Positions 11,601 through 23,959 of a stretch of 64,000 nucleotides of DNA are shown here, piece after piece. Within the stretch, counting starts at the first letter, position 1. Each line of letters begins with the position of its first letter. The position numbers and the translations under genes were made by a program. Source of the stretch: Eledone cirrhosa (Eukaryota); contig OZ024760.1 of NCBI GenBank assembly GCA_964016885.1, positions 6,882,001-6,946,000 on the forward strand, written 5' to 3'. The notes beneath the pieces were generated by a model that saw only the letters and a list, made by a program, of their open reading frames with translations, made no database searches and was not told where the DNA came from.

Positions 11601-14290
11601 AATGGTAGTGCCACGATGAAATACACCCAGCACACACTGTAAATTGGTAGTGGTGGTGCCACGATGAAATACACCCAGCTCACACTGTAAAGTGGTAGTG
11701 GTAGTGCCACGATGAAATACACCCAGCACACACTGTAAAGTGGTAGTGCCACGATGAAATACACCCAGCACACACTGTAAAGTGGTGGTGCAACGATGAA
11801 ATACACCCAGCTCACACTGTAAAGTGGTAATGGTAGTGCCACGATGAAATACACCCAGCACACACTGTAAATTGGTAGTGGTAGTGCCACGATGAAATAC
11901 ACCCAGCACACACTGTAAAGTGGTAGTGCCACGATGAAATACACCCAGCTCACACTGTAAAGTGGTAGTGGTAGTGCCACGATGAAATACACCCAGCTCA
12001 CACTGTAAAGTGGTAGTGATAGTGCCACGATGAAATACACCCAGCTCACACTGTAAAGTGGTAGTGGTAGTGCCACGATGAAATACACCCAGCTCACACT
12101 GTAAAGTGGTAGTGATAGTGCCACGATGAAATACACCCAGCTCACACTGTAAATTGGTAGTGGTAGTGCCACGATGAAATACACCCAGCTCACACTGTAA
12201 AGTGGTAGTGGTAGTGCCACGATGAAATACACCCAGCTCACACTGTAAAGTGGTAGTGATAGTGCCACGATGAAATACACCCAGCTCACACTGTAAATTG
12301 GTAGTGGTAGTGCCACGATGAAATACACCCAGCTCACACTGTAAAGTGGTAGTGGTAGTGCCACGATGAAATACACCCAGCTCACACTGTAAAGTGGTAG
12401 TGGTAGTGCCACGATGAAATACACCCAGCACACACTGTAAAGTGGTAGTGCCACGATGAAATACACCCAGCTCACACTGTAAAGTGGTAGTGCCACGATG
12501 AAATACACCCAGCTCACACTGTAAAGTGGTAGTGCCACGATGAAATACACCCAGCTCACACTGTAAAGTGGTAGTGGTGGTGCAACGATGAAATACACCC
12601 AGCTCCCACTGTAAAGTGGTAGTGGTAGTGCCACGATGAAATACACCCAGCACACACTGTAAAGTGGTAGTGGTGGTGCAACGATGAAATACACCCAGCT
12701 CACACTGTAAAGTGGTAATGGTAGTGCCACGATGAAATACACCCAGCACACACTGTAAAGTGGTAGTGGTAGTGCCACGATGAAATACACCCAGCACACA
12801 CTGTAAAGTGGTAGTGGTAGTGCCACGATGAAATACACCCAGCACACACTGTAAAGTGGTAGTGGTAGTGCCACGATGAAATACACCCAGCACACACTGT
12901 AAAGTGGTAGTGCCACGATGAAATACACCCAGCTCACACTGTAAAGTGGTAGTGGTAGTGCCACGATGAAATACACCCAGCACACACTGTAAAGTGGTAG
13001 TGGTAGTGCCACGATGAAATACACCCAGCTCACACTGTAAAGTGGTAATGGTAGTGCCACGATGAAATACACCCAGCTCACACTGTAAAGTGGTAGTGGT
13101 GGTGCAACGATGAAATACACCCAGCTCCCACTGTAAAGTGGTAGTGGTAGTGCCACGATGAAATACACCCAGCTCACACTGTAAAGTGGTAGTGGTAGTG
13201 CCACAATGAAATACACCCAGCACACACTGTAAAGTGGTAATGGTAGTGCCACGATGAAATACACCCAGCTCACACTGTAAAGTGGTAATGGTAGTGCCAC
13301 GATGAAATACACCCAGCACACACTGTAAAGTGGTAATGGTAGTGCCACGATGAAATACACCCAGCACACACTGTAAAGTGGTAGTGGTAGTGCCACGATG
13401 AAATACACCCAGCACACACTGTAAAGTGGTAGTGGTAGTGCCACGATGAAATACACCCAGCTCACACTGTAAAGTGGTAGTGGTAGTGCCACGATGAAAT
13501 ACACCCAGCTCACACTGTAAAGTGGTAGTGGTAGTGCCACGATGAAATACACCCAGCTCACACTGTAAAGTGGTAGTGGTAGTGCCACGATGAAATACAC
13601 CCAGCTCACACTGTAAAGTGGTGCAACGATGAAATACACCCAGCTCCCACTGTAAAGTGGTAGTGGTGGTGCCACGATGAAATACACCCAGCTCCCACTG
13701 TAAAGTGGTAGTGGTGGTGCCACGATGAAATACACCCAGCTCCCACTGTAAAGTGGTAGTGGTGGTGCCACGATGAAATACACCCAGCTCCCACTGTAAA
13801 GTGGTAGTGGTGGTGCCACGATGAAATACACCCAGCACACACTGTAAAGTGGTAATGTTGGTGCCACGATGAAATACACCCAGCTCACACTGTAAAGTGG
13901 TATTGGTGGTGCCACAATAAAACACACCCAATCCACACTGTAAATTGGTAATGTTGGTGCCACGATGAAATACACCCAGCTCACACTGTAAAGTGGTGGT
14001 GCAACGATGAAATACACCCAGCTCACACTGTAAAGTGGTAGTGCCACGATGAAATACACCCAGCTCACACTGTAAAGTGGTAGTGGTAGTGCCACGATGA
14101 AATACACCCAGCTCACACTGTAAAGTGGTAGTGGTAGTGCCACAATAAATTGTACCCAGCACACACTGTAAAGTGGTAGTGCCACAGTAAATTGTACCCA
14201 GTACATTCTGTAAAGTGGTAGTACTGGTACCACAATAAATTGTACCCAGTACATTCTGTAAAGTGGTAGTACTGGTACCACAATAAAATA
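2690..14290. repeat. Giant intronic minisatellite, 48-bp unit (42- and 39-bp variants), roughly 240 copies
   Basis: Consensus CACACTGTAAAGTGGTAGTGGTAGTGCCACGATGAAATACACCCAGCT repeated uninterrupted; degenerate units extend leftwards to ~2470. Confidence 0.98.
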
Positions 14291-15857
14291 CAGTCTTCAC
14301 CATTGGTCTTTTCAAATGATCATATTATCTACCAACTGCTCTGCAGGAGTTGCGGTCAGTAGATAATATTACCATTTGGAAAGACCAATGAGACATTGTT
14401 TCCTTGGTCCGGTCCAACGAGTTCCACCCTACTCAGTAAGTAAATGAGGTCTGGATGGCTGGATATATATAAATATATACACACACACACATTATGTCAT
14501 CCAGTTCCCTTCCCAAGCTATGGGTCCGCTATGTGAAGGGTTCAGCCAACAGGCCTGTCCATCTGCATAGCACAGTCCTGGGCTCCCAAGTCTGGAATGT
14601 GGCTTCACTGTGAGGGGTTCAGCACGGCCAACTGACCTGTCCCTTCCCATAGTGGTGCCATCCAGCACCAGGATCTCAAACTGTGGTTCTGTACCTGTCC
14701 CTCATATCGGTGTCATCCAGTACCCGGCTCCAAAACTATGGCTACACGGCAAGACTGGTTTGGCGCAGCCAACTGGCCTGTCCCTCCTAGTAACGGTGCC
14801 ATCCAGTCCCACACTGTAGATGTGGTTGGTGTTAGGAAGGGCATCCAGCTGTAAAAACCCTGCCCTAATTTACAGTCCTCGTTGGAGCAAGGTATAGCAT
14901 GGTCAATTCTGGCCAGACTTGCCTCCCAACATGGACAACCCATCTAACTCGTGCAAGCATGGAAAAAAATGGACACTAAACGATGATGATGATCTTTAAA
15001 CAATCGATTCAATCCAAGACCTTACTCGCTTACCGAGTGAGATTGAACTTGTCAAATCAGACCAAGGAAACAATGTTCCCATCACCCTTTCCATTGCTTA
15101 TACTATCTACTAGTTGCAACTCCTGGAAGGAGCAATGTGAAATAAAGCGTCTTACTGAAGGACACAACGCACCACCTGATCAGGGAATCAAACTCACAAT
15201 TGTGAATCCAACTCTCTAACCACTAAACCATGCACTTCCGCAAATGGTTTTTCTCACTCCATAACAGAAATTTACAAGATTACTTTGAGTTAACCTTTTA
15301 GCATTTAAACCGGCCATATCTGACCAGCATTCTCTCACCTCTTTCTGTTCAAACTGGCTGTAACCAGCTGATCGTACTTATGTTAAGTTATTGTTAAACC
15401 GGCCATATCCAGCCAGCATTCTTTCACCTTGCTGTAACCAGCTGATCATACCAATATTAAAGTATTGTTCTCAAAATAAATATCAAAATCTCAGATTCAA
15501 TATTATGCGAGATAATTATATAAGATAAAGCCTTTACCACAAAAATATGATAGCATATATTCAATCCAGGGCCTTTTCACTCCTACCGAAGAACCCCCAC
15601 CCCCCCTTGATTGACCTCCACCATTTCCTGTTTTTGGTTATGGTCATATCAAGGGTGTACTCACCACATTTGGCCAATTACAGGTTGGTGAGGCTATTTA
15701 ACCCATAGCTGGGAAAACTCATTTCTACAGCTGAGTGAACTGGAACAACACGAAATAAAGTTTTTTGCTCAAGAACACAAAGCTCGGTCTAATGGCATAT
15801 GTAGAGTAATGTAAATACTAAAGGCTTAATTATCAGAAAGAAAAGAAAACAACTTAC

Positions 15858-16016
15858 CAACAGCTTCTTCATTTTTAGCTATATCTTTTTCCTGATTGGA
15901 ATTAGGGACAGGTACGGTAGGTGTGGCAGTTTTTATACTAGGAATAACCGATGTATCAACACCAGTGGCACCTTCAACTATACTAGGGCTTGACGAGATT
16001 TCTTGACTTGATGGTC
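15858..16016 (-). CDS. ZFAND5: ZFAND5/6-like, Ser/Pro/Thr-rich linker exon (not in ORF track)
   Basis: Acceptor cttttccattgtag|GA, donor GTTG|gtaagt. 159 nt, phase 1-1, open: GPSSQEISSSPSIVEGATGVDTSVIPSIKTATPTVPVPNSNQEKDIAKNEEAV. Joins both neighbouring exons in frame. Confidence 0.85.
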
Positions 16017-16035
16017 CTACAATGGAAAAGACAAA

Positions 16036-16290
16036 TATATCATCATCATCACAATCATCCCAACACCATCATCATTGACAACCCCCACTACCACTGCCTT
16101 CATCCCAACCATCATGACCTCCACCATCACCACCACCTTCATCACAACCACCACCAGTTTCATGACAATCATGACCACCACCACTACCACAACCCCCACT
16201 GCCACCATCACAGCCACCATTACAACTATCATGACAACCACCACCACCTTCATCACAACCGTTATGACAACCCCCTACTACCACCATCAT
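16036..16290. repeat. Degenerate (CAC/CAT/CAA)n trinucleotide tract
   Basis: Low-complexity tract immediately upstream (in gene orientation) of the 16016 acceptor. Confidence 0.9.
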
Positions 16291-16348
16291 TATAAGATCT
16301 TCCCAACTGCTAAAAACTAATTTCTTATGATAGTAATAAAGCCATTTC

Positions 16349-16632
16349 AGACCTTTTTAACCCAGCCAAAACCAGCTCTGGTTCTACAAAAGACCTTTTA
16401 ACCCAGCCAAAACCAGCTCTGGTTCTACAAAAGACCTTTTAACCCAACCAAAACCAGCTCTGGTTCTACAAAAGACCTTTTAACCCAGCCAAAACCAGCT
16501 CTGGTTCTACAAGACCTTTTAACCTAGCCAAAACCAGCTCTGGTTCTATCAAAGACCTTTTAACCTAGCCAAAACCAGCTCTGGTTCTATCAAAGACCTT
16601 TTAATCCAGCCAAAACCAGCCCTGGTTCTATG
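16349..16632. repeat. ~41-bp tandem repeat, ~7 copies
   Basis: Unit agaccttttaacccagccaaaaccagctctggttctacaaa. Confidence 0.92.
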
Positions 16633-16720
16633 AAAAAACCACCCATTTTAAAAGGTTCCTATTTAAATTAAAATCTTCCAACTTATATAAGAACCACATG
16701 TCAAGTTGATGTCTCAGTAA

Positions 16721-18193
16721 TCTATACATATATATATATATAAAACTGAAATTGTCTGTGTGTGTGTGTCCTAATTTTTGCAAAGTCTATACAAATCCAC
16801 ATTTCTACTCCAATTGACTTCAAACTTGCATTTATATATTCCTTGCAGTCTAAAGATATTAACTGCAGCTTTATTTTTCAATTTTCTGTTATTAAAGGGA
16901 TCGATAACCGGCGCCTAACACGGCGCTGGTTATCGATCGATCTCTCTTTCTTTGTCTGTCTTTTTAGATAGATACATAGCTATAACGTCGCACTCTTATA
17001 ATATCTGTCTGTATGTCTGCATTACGACATTATGACAAATATTGTTCTCATTGCTGACGTATTATCTTCGCTATTTTCCATTCATTGCCAGGGAACGTCT
17101 TCACGAACAAAAGTATCGTCTTCCTGTTTTCCTTCGGTTGCAACGTTTTTCGAATTTACTTCTGCTTTCACAGATTGATTTTTTTTAGTTTCAGAAGATC
17201 ACGTTAAGGGTGAAAGCAGCAATTCTTTGCTTAAACTTTAATCTGTTATTTTAATATATATATATATATAATTATATATTCGTGTACAGATATTTTTGCA
17301 TACACAAAAACAAAATATAAACAAATTTATTTATTTCACGAAAGCACAGACGGCTTATCGTCATTGTTACTGCCTATATGCCACCCAAAAAGTCCCACTA
17401 CTTTTGGCACAAGACCAGCAATTACATAGTCAACGGTTCAGAAATCACATGCATCACTGACGAGTTTACTCTTTACTTTACCAGTTAGTCTTAGTGTACT
17501 TCGTCCTGCTTTTAGGTCATGCCTCGAAGGAAGAGATACTCCATTGGCTAAAATACTGCGAAAGCGGCAAGAAAAAGAACAAGGCGGGCAAACGAATCGT
17601 CAGTGGAATCTGCTATTCGACGGTCGCAAGATGCTAAACGTACTGCCACAAGAAGAGCACTTGAAACAGACAACCAACAAACCATTCGCCGAATCGTGTC
17701 AGCTTTGCAATGTCTATCAACAAATCCCAGAGTTAGACCCTAGTTGTTGTTGGTCTTCTTTTGGAAGAGTCATCTTTTTCACGCGGGCAACTATACGTTG
17801 GCTGCTCAAGAGTGGGAAGCAATACAAATATCTTTGTATATGCCCAACATGGAAGAAAAAGGAACATTGTGTACAAGGAGATGCTACAATCATTGTTTAG
17901 GTAGACGAAGCAGAAGGGGATATATACGATTGACTGAAGAAGGATGAGACTGTGTTAGTAGTACAACCAACGGCTGCTATCACACCAACAGCAGAAAAAA
18001 CAACAACAAAAAAGAAAGGGAACGCAATTAAATGCTTTTGAAAAATCTTAACGGAAAATGATTTGCCTAAGCACAAAATGTAGACACCATCCCCAGGCCG
18101 AGGTATTCCATACTTCTGTACTGTTTCAGAAAGGAAGGATAAACATGCCAATCTATGTTTAGAAGCCCGAGCAATGCCGGGCCATTCTGCTAG
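16721..18193 (+). mobile_element. Non-autonomous Helitron (internal deletion derivative)
   Basis: A|TC 5' end at 16721; 3' hairpin GCCCG(A)GC-AAT-GCCGGGC (18165-18182), then CTAG|T at 18190-18194; no TSD; internal RepHel remnants. Confidence 0.88.
17519..17904 (+). pseudogene. Helitron RepHel remnant: N-terminus fused to PIF1-helicase C-terminus
   Basis: From 17695: RVSFAMSINKSQS*TLVVVGLLLEESSFSRGQLYVGCSRVG...RNIVYKEML, matching PIF1/Helitron motifs V-VI (AMTINKSQGQT...FSHGQLYVAxSRV...NIVYKEVL). From 17519, in another frame: MPRRKRYSIG*...ESSVESAIRRSQDAKRTATRRALETDNQQTIRR (STPR-like repeats). Confidence 0.88.
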
Positions 18194-18799
18194 TGAAACA
18201 ATAATTTCGTTAAATCCCTCAAATTTTTTTCATTAATTGCTTTTCACAACAGGACTGGGTGCCCCTAACATTAAAACATCCGTGAAACCTCATAAGAGAC
18301 CAGCTCACCCTGCATAAATGTGAGTTATATATATTCCATTTCATCCATTTTAAAGGGTTCCTATTTAAATTAATATTTTATTTACAAGTTTTAAAGTATT
18401 CGAATTTAAATTTAGATGTTCCATCATAACAGATGGTTTATGGTTCAAACACCAGCTTCAAAACGAAAAAATTATTTTACTAAATCTACAAAAATTCATA
18501 TTTTCAAATTTTGGAAATATGGTAACAAAAGGGGTTTTTTTTTCTTTAATTAAAAAAATGGTGTCAATATTGAAACCCACTCTACGCTTGTTAGAGTCTA
18601 AACAAAAATAAATACATGTGAACTAGGTTAGAGTGTTGGACTAACAATCATAAGGTCACAATTTCAATTCATGACTGGGCACACTTCATGTTGCTTTTCA
18701 TGATAGAACTGTGGTCCCATTGACACACCTGAGAAACCTTCCAACACTTCATTTCATGATAGAACTGTAGTGTCATTGAAATACCTGAAGTTTCATCAT

Positions 18800-19009
18800 T
18801 AGCCTTTTAGCATTTAAAACTGTATCCGTCCAGAATTCTCTCACAACTCTTTCTGTTCAAACTGGTCGTAACCGGCTGCTCATACTTATGTTAAGGTATT
18901 GTTCTCAAAATAAATAATATCAAAATCTCATAGATTCGATATCATGTGAAATAAAGTGTTAACTGTGAAAATACAACAGTAAATATAGAGTAATGTGCTA
19001 AGGAGTTAA
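18800..19009 (+). mobile_element. piggyBac-like TTAA MITE (same family as 472-876); another interrupted copy at ~15290-15830
   Basis: Shared body gcatttaaa...ccagaattctctcac...tctgttcaaactgg...ttctcaaaataaataatatcaaaatctcatagattc. Confidence 0.7.
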
Positions 19010-19303
19010 ATGACATGAGGAACCTCCAGAGATACAACTTAATAGAAAGCCAGCTAAACTTGCAGAGGTTTAGCTGTAGACTCCATTTTTTGTTAGTTTT
19101 CAAAACATGTCTCATCTTTAATTACACTCTAGCAGATATTATTTTCTGTTGGTGAGCAGGTCAGTTTAACTAAGAAACAAGAAACTTTCTGACAAAGATA
19201 TTTAAACTGTCATGACACTTTACTGTGTTGATTTTAATCAGGTCTCAGGATGTGTCACAAAATTTAAGGAAATCTGATCGATTTTTAAAACTTTGACTGA
19301 CTG

Positions 19304-19623
19304 ATCATCATCATCATCATTTTACGTCCGCTTTTCCCTGCTTGCAAGGGTGGGACGGGAACCGATTCTGGCTTGATTTCTACGGCTGGATGCCCTTCCT
19401 AACACCAACTTCATTTACAGTGAGTGCTGGGTGCTTTTTTCCGTGGCGCCTACACATCCACTTTACAGTGGAATGATAGGGACCCCAGTCCCTATCATCT
19501 CATTTCTACAGCTGAGTAAACTGGAGTAATGTGAAATAAAGTGTCTTGCTCAAGGACACAACACATCACCCGGTCTGAGAATTGAACTCAACCTTTCGAT
19601 TGCAAGGCCAATGCTCTAACCAC

Positions 19624-19625
<2 letters not shown>
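19304..19625 (-). mobile_element. tRNA-headed SINE (family A)
   Basis: Reverse complement of the 20017 copy; B box and (GAT)n tail present. Confidence 0.9.
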
Positions 19626-19658
<33 letters not shown>

Positions 19659-20016
19659 ATATATATATATATGTGGGTGTCTAATCTATATACACTGGTC
19701 ATAGACACACACACACACATATATATATACATACACAACACCACCACTAGCTCTCTCTCTTCCGTCTCCTCTCCCTCTGTCACATCCACTATCTTTTTCT
19801 CTCTCTCTCTGTTTATGAAGGTACCCGGAAAAACCCTATATCTCGGGAACACATGTGCCGATTTACTCAAAACTTGTTTTATTCCATTTGTATTCCCATT
19901 TCAGGGTCAACTTCCTTTCAAAGTATTTTCCCATTAAAGCAGCCTTTTAGCTGCATTACATTACAGACAAGCAAGCAATCACAGAATTTTAGTAGTATGT
20001 GTATATATATATATGT

Positions 20017-20333
20017 GGAGGCACATGGCTTAGTGGTTAGAGCATTGGCCTTGCAATCGAAAGGTTGTGAGTTCAATTCTCAGACTGGGTGATGTGTTGT
20101 TTCCTTGAGCAAGACACTTTATTTCACACTGCTCCAGTTTACTCAGCTGTAGAAATGAGATGCTAGGGACTGGGGTCCCTATCATTTCACTGCAAAAAAG
20201 CACCCAGCACTCACTGTAAATGAGGTTGGTGTTAGGAAGGGCATCCAACTGTAGAAATCAAGCCAGAATCAGTTCCCGTCCCACCCTTGCAAGCAGGGAA
20301 AAAGCGGACGTAAAATGAAATGAATGAAATGAA
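20017..20333 (+). mobile_element. tRNA-headed SINE (family A)
   Basis: Pol III A box TGGCTTAGTGG, B box GAGTTCAATTC, body CCTTGAGCAAGACACTT, GTTAGGAAGGGCATCC box, RTE-like tail. Confidence 0.92.
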
Positions 20334-21589
20334 TATATAATGAGATCTGATACCTGCACAATGACACGTGACACATGAAAAGATTTTTTTTTAAAATTAT
20401 TTTGTGACAATAACTTAACCCTTTTGTTACTATATTTCTAATGAAACAAATACTGTATTATTTTCAAAACAAAAAAAAACAAACAAGAATTTGAAAAAAA
20501 TTCAGTAAACAATCTAACTTCCTCATTGTTATGCTGGTATTTACAACAAAGTTTGTTACAGAAAAATTATGAGATAGGGTTTAGCGGCAAATCAGCAGAG
20601 TCGTTTGAATGTCGTATAGAATGCTTTGTAGTATTCATTTAGGTTTTCTGCTTTCAGTTCAAATCCCACTGAGGTCAACTTGGCGTTTCATCCATTCAAG
20701 GTCAATAAAAAAAATTTTAAAAAGTACCAGTGTAGTACTGGAGTTGATTCTTCCTCTATATCTCTTTCTCACATCCATCCTTCTTCTCCAGAAGAAATCT
20801 GCTATATTCAGACTTGGAGAGGGGTGGGTTCCAGCAGGTTTTTAAATGCCCTAGAAATGCTGTATGTCGATGCAGCATCCAGACAACTCCAATGGGAGCT
20901 AAAAGACCCTAGGTCTAACCTTATAAAATAAGGAGCAGTTTGGCATCAATATGGAAATTCATTGCCCACTGGTTAGAAAATAGCTACGGCTCAATCAAAA
21001 ACATCCTCATGCTCCTTTTCTCATGATCAATAAGTTGAATATAAATAATTCTTTCTAACATTGCCACAAGACAATATACCAACTCCAGTACATGACTGGT
21101 ACTTTTATTGATTCCCCCATGGAAACATGATAGAGTTGATTCCAGCAGGATTTAGAAATAATGGCAACTAATTTTTAGAAAGTGTAGATATTAATGTAGA
21201 ATATCTACTTAATATGAAGGGCCTTATGTTTATTGTGAAACCTTTAAAGAATTATTTCAGGGTTGGGTCTCTTACTACCCCTTAAAGACACAAAACTAAA
21301 GTTGAACATTATCTAAATATAGTCACGTGTCCTTTTGTTTGCGGGGTTTCCCTCTTTCTGTCATGCTGGAAGGAGAAAGCGGTGGCTGTGCTGAGAGAGG
21401 TGGAAGAGAGAAAGAAAAGTATTACTAGGAGGGGTAGATTAATTGGTTAAGTGCTAGACTGATTGAGTAAGAGAGAGAGAGAGGGGAGGGACAACCAACA
21501 GACAACAAAGAGAAGCAGCCATTAAGACAGACAATGAAAGAGAGAGAAAGCACGAGAGAGACAAAGTGTAGAGAAGATTCAAGGGGTTT

Positions 21590-22285
21590 GATGCTGCATG
21601 GCTGGAATGAAAAAATGAGTGCTGCAAAAACAGATGCTCATCCTCTCAAAGAAGCCTGCGCAGTGCACTACATGTAAATGGAGTTCCGCTGAAGCATGTA
21701 GAGAAGTCCAAGTATCTCAGGGTCATGTTCACGAGTAATGGAAGGCAGGAGGCTGAATTAAGTGCAAGAACTGCAGGAGCTGGTGTAGTAATAATGTGCC
21801 AATTTCAGCATTCAGTAATCAGAAGGGAGGTAGGCTTAAAAGCCAAACTCTCTATCTTCAATTCGGTATTCATGCCAGCCCTTACCCAGTCATGAACCTT
21901 GGGTAATGACTGAAAGAATGCGATCACAAACACAAGTGGCTGAAATGGAGTAACATTACGCGCTTGAGTGCGTAACTCAGAGATCAGAGAGTCACTCCAG
22001 GTAGAGCTGCTACTTCTCCGAATTGAAAGATCATAGCTCTGATGCTATGAGCCTGTGATTAGAATGTCTGAGGAAAGAATCGCTGGACAGATTTTACAGG
22101 CAAAACCAACCGGCAGGAGACCCAGGGGTAGACCCTGAGCAAGATGGTTGGATAATATCCATGAGTTTAGCTGGTCTTGCTTGGGAATCCAGCTGGAGAC
22201 AGTTGCTTCTGACAGGACTCACTGGAAGGAGTGTTTGAGGACTGACCCCACAACTCTCTCAGGAATAAGTGGGCAAAGAAGATAA
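21590..22285 (+). mobile_element. Degenerate RTE-type LINE 3' fragment; related fragment at 44430-44645
   Basis: Decayed KYL...RPRGRP-type thumb/C-terminal coding sequence; 3' end tctgacagg...gagtgtttgaggact...aataagtgggc shared with 44555-44625. Confidence 0.65.
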
Positions 22286-22818
22286 AATAAAGGTATAGAG
22301 AGAGAGAATGAGAGGGAAAGTAATGTGATGTTTACGTGTGTGGGTGTGAAAGGGGGGGAGATGTAGAGAAATGAAAGATGGCAGATTTTGATAGAAAGAA
22401 AATTGTGAGGTGTACTGGTGCAACGAAAAAAATGCACCCAGTACAGTGTAAGGTGAAGGTGCTATGATAAGATGCAACCAGTAGACTAAAATGCTGGTGC
22501 CACGATAAACTGCACCCAGTACATTCTGTAAAGTGATGATGCTTGTCTAACAAAAAACTGCACCTAGTAGACTCTAAAGAGCTCATCCTTATGGGGTCTG
22601 CCCCAGTCACACTTAGTAGAGAACTGGCTCAGGGACCCTGGACACTAGATGTTCCCAGTGTTATGGGTTTGTTGTGGGTCTGATGTTGAATTCACCTTAG
22701 CAGCAGTATACATGTTTATTAACTGGTAGGACCCATGCCAACAATAGCATTGAACATAATTAACCTTTGGAGTCCAACATTGGTATGCCATATATACCAG
22801 GATTACTGGATGTATTAT

Positions 22819-22849
<31 letters not shown>

Positions 22850-23046
22850 CTAGGCCCATACCTCCTGGTGGAGTTACAAGGGCACTATAGTGACACAGTG
22901 TGTCTTAGAGAATGTTTAAACTTGGCAGAGCCCTTCCCCTCTCCAAGTCTGAACCCAACCGATTTCTTCCAGAGGCGAAAGAGTGTGTTAAAGAAGTGAG
23001 AAAGGGATATGGAGGAACAATCAACTCTAGTACTGAACCTTTAAAG

Positions 23047-23359
23047 CAGAGGTTCTAACTTTTTGATCCACTACCCCCCCCCCCCCCCCCCCCATCACAG
23101 CCATGTAATACCCTCAGCGCCCCCACCCCTATTTCCAGAGAGACCCTGCCTACACGCAAATTGTAAATGATATATAATAAATAATATAATAAATACTATG
23201 TATAAATAAATAAATATAGTAATATAAAAATATATAATATGTATCATTTGATATTTAATATACTATTCTATTATCTCTACCGCCCCTTAGGCCCCATCGC
23301 CCTCCTGGACCTTCTCAACGGCCCACGGGGGTTGGTAGCACCCACTTTGAGAATCTCTG
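23047..23359. mobile_element. hAT (Charlie-like) MITE
   Basis: TIRs CAGAGGTTCT.../...AGAATCTCTG; 8-bp TSD ctttaaag (23039-23046) / ctctaaag (23360-23367). Confidence 0.75.
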
Positions 23360-23676
23360 CTCTAAAGGATGATAGGAAAAGTTGACCTCAACAGGATTTG
23401 AACTTACAGTGCAGAGAGCTGGAACAAATACGGCAAAACATTCAATGAAAAAAAAATCCTACAAACTGGAAAATTTGTATTTTGATAAATTTATGGTTTG
23501 CATAAGAGAAACTCTATAGTTTAAGTTGATTTCTGACACGTGGAAGTGATTAAAGATAAAAATTACTTTTTTCAGAATTTATTTCTCATATATAATTACA
23601 TAAATGTTCAGCATGTCCATCTGCCACCCATGCTAACATGGAAGATGGAAGTCAAACGATGATGATGATGATGATA

Positions 23677-23853
23677 ATTGTTTCTACTTTAGGCACAAGG
23701 CCAGCAATTACCCAGTGCATTACTGGTACTTTATTTTATCGACCCCGTAAGGATGAAAGGCAAAGTCAACCTCGGCGGGATTTGAACTCAGATCGTAAAG
23801 GGACGTAACTATGCTGGAAAGCATGGCGTCCGACCCTCTACCAATACTGCCAG
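23677..23853 (-). mobile_element. tRNA-derived SINE (family B); further copies at 34384-34560, 35135-35312 and many decayed ones (e.g. ~20585-20760, 59095-62280)
   Basis: Minus strand TGGCAGTATTGG (A box)...GAGTTCAAATCC (B box), followed by gccgaggttgactttgcctttcatcc...gtcgataaaataaagtaccag. Confidence 0.85.
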
Positions 23854-23959
23854 ATGATAATGATGATATACAGGATTAAATGTATGACTAACTTTGGAGA
23901 AATAACTATTTAAAGAGACAAATTTAGGTGTTAGCACCATGACTGAGGTAAGATATATA

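Noticed and set aside
2690-14290. CRISPR array
   Set aside because: Head-to-tail units with no unique spacers, no cas genes, and a eukaryotic intron context.
2652-14315. 3887-aa and 4032-aa ORFs as genuine giant proteins
   Set aside because: They are translations of a 48-bp intronic minisatellite derived from a retroelement module. Openness follows from unit length; only the terminal 35 codons before the donor are a real ZFAND exon.
15990-16320. His-rich / Thr-rich ORFs
   Set aside because: Trinucleotide low-complexity tract at an intron end; the real exon is 15858-16016 on the minus strand.
17544-17947. ORF-track proteins of 118 aa and 67 aa
   Set aside because: Wrong frames for the helicase motifs; the meaningful content is the stop-interrupted Helitron RepHel remnant.
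20017-20090. tRNA gene
   Set aside because: The A/B boxes belong to a SINE head that continues into a repeated body and LINE-derived tail in at least six copies.
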